Source: Marsupella aquatica (Eukaryota > Plantae > Marchantiophyta). Taken from it: a stretch of 64,000 bases of DNA. The position numbers and the translations under genes were made by a program. Below are positions 40,119-48,930 of the stretch, in pieces (position 1 is the first letter of the stretch; each line of letters begins with the position of its first letter). The notes below the pieces were generated by a model, which was given only the letters and a program-made list of their open reading frames with translations, did not search any database and was not told where the DNA came from. The DNA is taken from the NCBI GenBank assembly GCA_973895155.1, contig OZ316894.1, positions 9,585,440 to 9,649,439 on the forward strand, read 5' to 3'.

Positions 40119-41507
40119 ATGGCGGAAGAACAGCGAAACGGAGGGGCGAGTCAAGGGCGTCACAACCATGGAGGAGTCCCACCAGTAAGCCTTTACGGGA
40201 AACGTAAGAAAGCACAAGGTATGAAGGTTACAATTTTGCATTCTCTTCCATTGAATGCTGTAACCACACTGCAGCTCAGAAAATCTACTGTTCTCGCCGT
40301 CTTGATCTGTCTATACGTCCTCCTCGTGCATGCTGCTCCCGCTCCCACGGGCGCTACAAGCACAAATGCCATAGTCTCAATTGACTCCCGACTTACATAC
40401 CTTCTACCCGCGGGATTCGTTGGCAACCTCACCCTGAATTTCATCGACACAGTGACCAGCGATGGCACCATCGCGGGATCGTTCTCAGCCGCGAAGAAGG
40501 CACCGTTCATCTCCTACGATCCCGAGTTTCTGCAGATAATCGGCGAAACTCCAAACTCGCCACAGCTCATCGCGCATAGAGACGAGCTCTTCGCCGACGA
40601 GGCAGGCGTTTGGGTCCCGGAAAAGAACCAGGTCTGGTTCACGAGTTTCACGGTGAATGACGCCAGCAATCTCTCGATCCTCGACCTCGGCACGTCGAAG
40701 ATCTTCAGGCCGAACACCAGCATTCCAGTCGTCACTCCAAATGGCGGATACTACTTCGAGGGCAAGGTTTACTTCACCGGCCAAGGCACCACCCCGGTGG
40801 AGCCCTGCATTTACGCCATCGACATCCACACCTATGAGACGACGATTGTCATCAATTCCTACTTCGGTCTCCGCTTCGGGGGTCCCAACGACGTGACCTG
40901 GGCCAGGAGGAAGAGTGGAGATGGTAAGAAGAGCTTCATGTTCTTCACTGATGAACCGGAATCGTATATCTACGCTGGTGGTCTGCCCCCGGTGCTCCCC
41001 AATGCCGTCTGGAGGTATGATCCGCAGGACGAGAGCATTGTCCCTGTCATAAGCCGAGCAGACATCCTCGCCCCGAACGGTGTGGCTGTGAATGCGGATA
41101 GCTCGAAGCTGTATGTGACCGATACGCCATTTGCTAACGTGTATTTGCCCGCCGACACGCCGAGCTCGGGATCCACGGCCATCTTCTCCTTCGACCTCGA
41201 CGACGATGGCTTCCCGGTGAACAAGCGAATGCTCGGGATATCGAGAAGTGGCATTCCAGATGGCATCAAGGTCGACGACGCAGGAAGGATATGGACTGGG
41301 GAGGGCGAAGGGATTGTGGTGCGGAATTCGAGAGGCAAGGTCCTCGGTGTCTTCAACTCCGAGTTCTTTCTGGAGAATTATCAGAATGAACCTGCCATAG
41401 CGAATTTCGCACTTGTCGATGACACGCTCGTTGTGCTGGCTATGCAGAGGGTCTGGACATTGAAGCTGGCCCAGAGGGTCGTTTCTCCTGATAGGTATCG
41501 AATGTGA
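40119..41507 (+). CDS. SMP-30/gluconolactonase/LRE-family beta-propeller hydrolase, probably secreted
   Basis: Motifs EAGVWVP, PNGG, GGPNDV, FFTD, PNGVAVNADSSKLYVTDT, IPDGIKVDDAGRIW and a hydrophobic N-terminal segment. Possible in-frame 90-bp intron 40184-40273; alternative ATG at 40221. Confidence 0.88.
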   Translation: MAEEQRNGGASQGRHNHGGVPPVSLYGKRKKAQGMKVTILHSLPLNAVTTLQLRKSTVLAVLICLYVLLVHAAPAPTGATSTNAIVSIDSRLTYLLPAGFVGNLTLNFIDTVTSDGTIAGSFSAAKKAPFISYDPEFLQIIGETPNSPQLIAHRDELFADEAGVWVPEKNQVWFTSFTVNDASNLSILDLGTSKIFRPNTSIPVVTPNGGYYFEGKVYFTGQGTTPVEPCIYAIDIHTYETTIVINSYFGLRFGGPNDVTWARRKSGDGKKSFMFFTDEPESYIYAGGLPPVLPNAVWRYDPQDESIVPVISRADILAPNGVAVNADSSKLYVTDTPFANVYLPADTPSSGSTAIFSFDLDDDGFPVNKRMLGISRSGIPDGIKVDDAGRIWTGEGEGIVVRNSRGKVLGVFNSEFFLENYQNEPAIANFALVDDTLVVLAMQRVWTLKLAQRVVSPDRYRM

Positions 41508-41544
41508 AGGGAGTTCTGATTTGAGGCGTACTAGAATGCCTGTG

Positions 41545-41920
41545 TTTGGAAGATGCATCAATGAATCGTGTTCGGGAGATTTATGTCCAACTTTTGTGGC
41601 AGCAGTCATGATGGACATTTGACCACTCATCCCTCGGTTCCCAACAGATACTTCAATCTGGTGGGTTTGCAAGATGAAATGCATCAATGAATTGTGTTCA
41701 GGAGATTAATGTCCAACTTTTATGGCAGCAGTCATGATGGACAGTTGACCTCCCAATCCCTCATTTCCAATCAGATACTTCAAATTGGTGTGTTTGCAAG
41801 TTAAGATGCATCAATGAATCGTGTTCGGAAGATTAATGTCCAACTTTTATGGCAGCAGCCGTTGATCTCCCAATCCCTCGTTTCCAATCAGATACTTCAA
41901 TTTGGTTGGTTTGCAAGTTC
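41545..41920. repeat. Three-copy ~130-bp tandem repeat downstream of the lactonase
   Basis: ATGCATCAATGAAT.GTGTTC...ATGTCCAACTTTT.TGGCAGCAG...CAGATACTTCAA...TTTGCAAG x3. Confidence 0.85.
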
Positions 41921-42719
41921 TGGGGCTCACAGAGGGAGGGACACAGGGTGCATTCTTCTGGATTTATTGGCACAGGAGGGACTGTCAAAAAGAGGCAGCA
42001 CCTCCTACTGTGGCTCAACTGATAAGACACATCAAAATTTGAGCCTTGACTAGTTGCCAAGAAAGGAAATCATGTGCCAAATCACCGCTTGTAAGGTGAA
42101 TAATGTCTACCAACAAGCGGCATCCATGCAATTTTCGGTATCGGATTGTTGCCATGTAAGGCTATCATTTGCCAAATCAACACTTGAAAGGCCAATCAAA
42201 TGGCGTCCATGCAAACTCCTGTATCTATGTGTTGCCTGTCAAGGAACTCGATCAGACACCAAGTGGCCCCTCGTCTGGTGCATGATGTCTATTATCAGGT
42301 TGGCGTCAGTCCTCTGTATCCACAGTGCCCACGTACAGATTGAGTTTCATCGAAGGGATGATTGGAATTTTCAGCTATACCGCATACTGGAATGATGAAC
42401 TCTTCTGTCTAAAGTGAACGTCCAGACATCCCTCTTTACATAAACAATGTACAGTGAGATCTGGGTGCGAGGAGCAGAAAATTTGAAACCGCTGATCTCG
42501 TCCATACAGGATACCAAATGGTAGAATGCTCGGATTCCACCGGATGTATGATGACCACAGGCTGGCGTACAGTATCCACGGATCCCACGGCAGTAAGAGC
42601 CGTGGACTACCCTGAATGCCCGGTTTAATCTGACGGGCACCTTGACGCCTTGTCGGGCACGTCAAATCGTCAAATGACGGCCCGAAAACACGCAATTTGA
42701 CGTATATTCCTGAAGATTC

Positions 42720-43320
42720 TCCCGAACGAACCCCGACTTCCCCGGACCTTTCGCGAACACCTCCCGAGCACCCCGGACCTGAACCCGAACTCCCCCTGAC
42801 CCGAACCCGGACTCCCGGGCCCTTCCCGGACCCTCCCCGGACCCTCCCGGGCCTTTCCCGAAACCTCGCCGGACCCTCCCCCGAACACTCCCCGGACTCT
42901 CGGGCCTTTCCCGGACCCTCCCCGGACCCCCACCCGAACCCTCCCCGGACCCCCACCCGAACCCTGCCCGGACCCTTCCGGGGCCGGCCGGGGTAAAGGT
43001 GGCCCGGGGGACGGGATTCGGGGAACCGGGGACGGGGGGCATTCGGGGAAGAGGATTCGGGGAACCGGGGAAGGGGGGGCGGGAAAGGGGGGCCGGGATT
43101 CGGGGATTTGGGGAACGGGGTTCGGGGAACGGGGTTTGGGGAACGAGGTAGGGGGTTCGGGGAACGGGGTTTGGGGAACGAGGTAGGGGGTTCGGGGAAG
43201 GGGGTTCGGGTAGGGGGTTCGGGGATGCGGGGAACGGGGTTCGGGGAACGGGGTGCGGGGTTCGGGGAACGGGGTGCGGGGTTCGGGGACGGGGCTCGGG
43301 AATTGGTGGCCGGGGAAGAG
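42720..43320. repeat. Left subterminal GC-rich repeat field
   Basis: C-rich CCCG(A/G)ACC units (42720-42975) switch to G-rich GGGGTTCGGGGAAC units (42980-43320). Confidence 0.85.
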
Positions 43321-43529
43321 TTAGAGGCGGGATTAGGGTTAGGGGCGCGAGATTAGGGTTAAGGGAGGCGCAATTAGGGTTAGGATCAAAGATTAAGAGT
43401 TTTAAGAGAGGATAAGAAGTAGATGATTTAGTATAAGTAGGAATAACTAATTCATTTCACTAATCCAAAGTCTCATTGTGTTTCTCTCTCTTGTGGTTTA
43501 GCATTAGGGAGAGATCGGAGGGATACATT

Positions 43530-43885
43530 GGAACTCTTGTACGCGCATGCTTTGAGCTCGGCTCGGTCTGCGATAATTCGTACGAGAAGTTCCTTATATC
43601 GCCTTAACAACTTTGCATCATTGTTTTGTTTGAAAGTGAACTACTTGCGAGTAAAGAGATACCCATGTGCATATGCTTAGAGCTTTGGCTCGGTCTATGA
43701 CATTTCATATGGGTATCACGATTTCTCATACATATGTTCACTTCAAAGATAAACTATTGTGAAGTTATAGATATTACATAACATAGGTTGAAGTAGGGAT
43801 GTTGACAAATATAAGAATTTGGGAAACTTTCCTGCGCATGCTTTGAGCTTAGGCCCAGTCTGCGATAATTCAGGAAAGTAACCCA
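43530..43885 (+). promoter_or_regulatory. Three tandem conserved stem-loops upstream of the transposase ATG
   Basis: Core CGCATGCTTTGAGC-loop-GCTCGGTCTGCGATA inside different closing stems at 43530-43593, 43658-43717 and 43820-43885, with compensatory substitutions. Confidence 0.75.
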
Positions 43886-43960
43886 TTGTACTATATTTGT
43901 TATATTCACAAAATCAAAAGAATCAACCCTTTTATTTTTTTACCATTGAGAGTCGTAACA

Positions 43961-46863
43961 ATGTCCGATGAAGAGGATTCGCATGAAACTGGATATCATT
44001 CCACTACTCCCAGGCCTGGTCCAACTCGTGTGCAAGAACACCCTTCAAAACAATCTCCAGTGTGGAGATATTTTGAACGATGTGATGCGCCTTCAACATG
44101 TCATGATGTCAATCGTATCTATCGAAGATGCAAGTATTGTTTAACATACGTTACTCATCATGCAACACGAGCAAAGGCGCATTTGATGGGAAACATCCAA
44201 AAAGGGGATGCGCCCCCTTGCATGCAACTCTATGGTGTCGTCGATTTGGATGCCATCAACATTATGTACAATGTGATAAAGGTTCCACCGACCTTAAACT
44301 ACAAACGACGAGATGGAAGTCATATCTTGCGGGATGTGAGAGGTCGTAGGCCAAGCGTTGGAAGTTCATATTCGCAAGCATCCACACGAGGGTCAAACTA
44401 TGTTGACATGGATGATACACATGTAAGGGAAGGAGATAGGCCAGTAAATCTTCCTAACCCAATTATGGATGCCTATCAAATTCCAAATAGAACAAATTTG
44501 GATAAGCTTTGGGCGAAAGCTTTCTACACCAATGGTATTCCATTCAATGTTTCAAATAATCCTTTTTTTCGAGAAGCAGTCATAGAGACTTCAAAAGGGA
44601 TTGTCAATGGTTATTCTCTACCTACGATGCGAAGTTTGCGATTGAAATTATTGGAAGACAGTAAGGAGGATCTCACAAAGGACATGACGCAAACTTTAAA
44701 GGAGGCAAAACCTTATGGGTATTCTCTTTCTTCAGATGGATGGGAAAACGTCCGAAGAGAACCTTTGATGAATGTCATGTTGTTGACTTCTAAAGGTGAC
44801 TTCTTCTTGGATAGTTGGAATGCTGCGCAAGCTGACAAGAAAGATGGGAAATATCTTGGCGACATGTGGTTGAAATACATTGAGGATATTGGTGCAGATC
44901 ATATTATTCAAATTGTAACTGATGGAGCACCCGCAAATCGCGTAGCAGGTTGTGAGGTAGTCATGAAAAAGTATCCTCATGTCACTTGGAGCTGGTGTGC
45001 TGCCCACGTGTTTAATTTGCTGCTAGAGGATATGTGTGGTCACAAGCGTGTAGTGGTAGATGATGTTGGACAGAATCCATTCCAAAAGATTTTTAAACGG
45101 TTGAGGTGGATAGTAAAAGCAGTTTCATCATCGCAAAAGCTTTCTGCAATATTTGCAAGAAAATCTCCTGACAAAAAACTGTTGAATCCAAATGCAACTA
45201 GATTTGCGACCAATTTCCTAATGGCACAAAGAGCGTTGGAGCTAAGAGGAGCTTTACAACAGATGGTCATTGATGATAATTGGCAGTCTTATCGTGATAG
45301 ACTTCCATTGCGACCAAAATCAGCTGGACACATGACGAGGGGAAAGGCAGACGAACTTAAAATGTGGATACAGCAAGATACATTTTGGGTTGAAGTGAAG
45401 GATACAGTTAAATTCTTTACTCTGTTGGTCAAGATGTTGCGAGAATTTGATGGTGATTCTCCGCAATCAGGTTGGTTGTATTGGAGTTTGAAAAGAGGGA
45501 TTGATGTTTTGAAAGCAAGCATGGAGGATTGTCCATTGGTAACAGAGGTATTGAAACCGAAGATACTAAAAGTGTATTTGGATCGAAAAAAATCTCTTAC
45601 CACTGATTTCATGCTAGCGGCAGCATATCTCAATCCCCAAATGTTTTTTGATGAGGACATAGATGTCGCTGGAGATCCAGAACTCTACAGGGTTTCAGTG
45701 AATACATTGCTAGATATTCAGAACAACAGGTGAAGGAGGGGATCAACCATGATCGCGACGTCAGAGAACTTATTTCTGCCATCCACAGTCAAGCCATTGA
45801 CGCCCAAAAAAAAAATCCCAACACATCAATAGCGATGGGAGCCGCCCAATCAAGTATAGGTAATGTCAGTCCAGCAGAGTGGTGGCATGCGTATGGTGCA
45901 GATTATAAACATTTGAGAATCCTGGCGCGAAGAATCTTACACCAAAAAGTGTGCGCATCAGCTTGCGAGCGAAACTGGAGTTCGTATGGATTTATACATT
46001 CCAAAAGTCGCAATCGATTGACAAATGATCGAGCAAAAGATTTGGTGTTTGTATTTACAAACATGAGGGTAGAGAAAGGGCTCACAAATGTTCGAAACCC
46101 GCATACGTTTATATATGAACGTTATGACCAAAGAAGAAGAACAAATGATGGACCTAGACCTATCTCCATGGAGTTGTGCAGCAATGAAGAGTACGATGCA
46201 ACACGTGCGGCTCTTGGTGAAGAAGATGTCGAAGATTATGATACAATTGATGATGCTGATGAATTGCTACACGGATTTTCACTGGATAAGGATAGTGAGT
46301 TCTTGACTCGTATTCCACCAGATACAGACATCACTGCTGCAGAGGAATGGGAGAATGAAATGGATTTGGAGATGTATCCTACAATTGATGAATCGCAAAT
46401 CCAAGACGAGGAAGATGCATCACTGGACAGAAACTTTGTGATGCCTTCCCAACCAAGGTCACCTTGGTCGAACTTTGCGAATGATGTTGACACAAGCAGA
46501 CCATATTTCAACGAGCAACGCACAGGCACAGCAGGGCATCCGACGAATGGAAGGACATCAACCTTTTTTCATGGATACAATCATGAAGGTCAAACTTCAA
46601 ACGACCCACATGCAAACTGGCAACACCATGCAGGTCCACCCTTGAATGCGTATGCAGGGCCAAGTGTCATGAATCCATATACGTCGAACAGGCCTATTGG
46701 CCTTGGTGGGTTTCGAGGAATATCATCATTTCAAGAAACATCGCACAATGTTCAGTCACACAATCGTGATCCACTCAGTTGGGGCGACAAACAAGACGAG
46801 TGGAATGCGCTTTTGTGCAAAAATCTTAACAACAATGCACGAAATTTCTCTTCACAGCCTTGA
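43961..46863 (+). CDS. hAT transposase (BED zinc finger, DUF659-type RNase H core, hAT dimerisation domain), one frameshift
   Basis: BED finger (SPVWRYF..CKYC..KAHL), catalytic D (SDGW), D (VTDGA), CAAH, TRFAT, then WW..YG and CERNWS (E). An apparent 1-bp deletion near 45683-45690 splits it into ORFs 43886-45733 and 45730-46863. Confidence 0.92.
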
Positions 46864-47104
46864 AGCATCTTTTCATTAGGATAATATCAAGTGTTGCTAC
46901 TCTTATATTGTCGTATCTGACATAGACAAAATTATAAACAATTATATTTTTTGTAACATGATTGTATTGTCTTGCAGTGTGTTTATTATTGTACAATGAT
47001 TGAATAATTTATTTGTATTTGCATTTGAGAATGCCATAGAGACACACCAACGCAACATGTTTTCCAAATCTCCAACACTGACTATTTCAAAGTACCTTGT
47101 TGTT

Positions 47105-48430
47105 GGCCATAGCAGCCGTAGTCCATACTAGCCCCCTCCATTAATTGGTTAGTTCATTTCACTATGCGAAGATTTAGTCCAGCAATAGAGCACCGTCATA
47201 TTCAATAATAATGAGGTCGAGAGGACCTCATTATTGGACCTGAGAATGTCATTGCTTGAATAAACCTTCTCGTAATAAAATAAACTTAGTTGAACTTGAA
47301 GTTGTAATGAGGGCCCATTTTTGGGGTGGGTGAATGTCGTTGACCGTAGCAGCTGCACTACTTGAAGTTGGGCAGAGTTTATATGACTATGAGAGAAGTT
47401 GTGAAATGAACACATCGCCTACATAATCAGTAACCTTCTCATAATCATATAAACCCCGTTCAACTTGAAGTTGTAATGAGGGCCCATTGGTGGCCAAGGA
47501 GAGCAATGTCATGATGATGATCAGACACGGTCACGGGGATTCCGCAAGATCGGTCACCAAATTGATATGCAGACGCAAAATACAATCACCAATTTCAAGT
47601 CAAAGTTCACCCGTTTATATCCTCTCCTGTCCGAATTCCAATTCGAGCTTGGACACCCTCTCGTCAGCAGGTCTCCACCCTTTCAGTTGCTCCTCACGCG
47701 AACCTCTGGATTCCTCAAACACTATGAATGATGCATTGAAATAAAATAGGTTCGAGGATTCTAGAGACTGCTATCTTGGTTTGCGTGAAGAGCAACTGCA
47801 ATGGTGGAGACCAGCTGACGAGAGGATGTCCAAGCTCGAATTGGAATTCAGAAAGGAGAGGATATAAACATGCAATTGTGCGAATTAATGTCATAGGCCG
47901 TAGTAGCCGTACTCCAGTAATTGGTCAGTTCATTTCATTATCAGAAGATTTATTCAAGCAACGGAGCACGAACATATTCAATAATAACAAAGTCAGGAGG
48001 ACCTGAAATATTGACCTGAGAGTGCCATTGCTTGAATAAACCTTCTCATAATGAAAAAAACTCTGTTCAACTTCAAGTTCTAATCAGGGCCCATTTTTGG
48101 GGTAGGCAAATGTAGAGGCGTTGGCCTCGGTTTGCATGCGCATGAATGTCATTGGTCGTAGCAGCTACGCTACTTGAAGTTGAACAGAGTTTATTTGAGT
48201 ACGAGAGAAGTTGTGAAACCAACGGATCGATGACATACTCAGTAATTTTTTGCTCGAAGGACCTGAAAATTTGACCTGAGAGTGCATTTGCTTTCAGAAC
48301 TTCTCTCGTACTCAAATAAACTCCGTTCAACTTCAAGTTGTAATGAGGGCCCATTTTTGCGGTGGGCAAAGGAGTAGGCGTTGGCCTCGGTTCGCATGTG
48401 CATGAATGTCATTGGCCGTAGCAGCAATAG
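47105..48430. ncRNA. Cluster of five pre-miRNA-like foldbacks (putative small-RNA precursor array)
   Basis: Arm pairs 47151-47186/47251-47286, 47360-47400/47432-47471, 47613-47704/47778-47869, 47927-47961/48028-48062 and 48172-48222/48288-48338. Four units share a scaffold ending ...AACTT(G/C)AAGTT.TAAT.AGGGCCCATT. Expression is not demonstrated. Confidence 0.65.
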
Positions 48431-48930
48431 CGGAAAAAATTATGAAAGACAGGAAAAGTGAGTGGACTTAGGTATACATCCTTCTACAAAATCATTCTCA
48501 ACTTGGGCGGCTAAAACCATTGCGATGTTGACTTTGTTGAACTCATTGTGCTACACGATCTCCTTTTGGAAATGATTTCAGAGAAGGATCAGTACCTGAG
48601 TCCACTGTGCTACCGTCTCTCATCACGTCTATTTTCCTCATACTTGTCCAAAAATATGATTGTGAGCCCGACAATATGCTTCCAAAACCTATGGCTGATT
48701 GGAGGATGGAATATTCTTACGAAAATACACATTCTCCAAAAGGCGACGCCATGCCCCCAATGAAAAATATATGTACTCATCGAGATATGCAATGTAATGT
48801 CACTCCAAAATCTCTTTACCAATTACAAGTTGAAAATAATTGTCAAAGAGGATATGCCGCTTCTATTTTAACAAAATGTCTCTAATAGTAACTACATGAA
48901 AATAACATCAAAATGTAGAGACTATTGGTT

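Noticed and set aside
40485-41687. 400-aa antisense ORF
   Set aside because: Shadow of the GC3-rich lactonase ORF on the opposite strand; no motifs.
42611-42619. 9-bp TSD (CCTGAATGC) implying a Mutator-type element
   Set aside because: It would make the termini asymmetric. The 8-bp TSD gives symmetric CCCGGTTT ends and fits the hAT transposase.
42375-43356. Gly/Pro/Arg-rich ORFs on both strands
   Set aside because: Artefacts of stop-poor GC-rich subterminal repeats of the hAT element.
43333-43385. Interstitial telomere
   Set aside because: Only a few scattered TTAGGG units; better explained as telo-box-like motifs.
47105-48430. CRISPR array, or a repeat-protein gene (ORFs 47149-47415, 48073-48369, 48239-48427)
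   Set aside because: Eukaryotic context, no cas genes, and units are long foldbacks rather than repeat-spacer units. The short ORFs are in different frames and interrupted.
48548-48885. Third small cargo gene (ORF 48610-48822)
   Set aside because: Short, no recognisable motif, and overlapping ORFs of similar length on both strands; cannot be supported.
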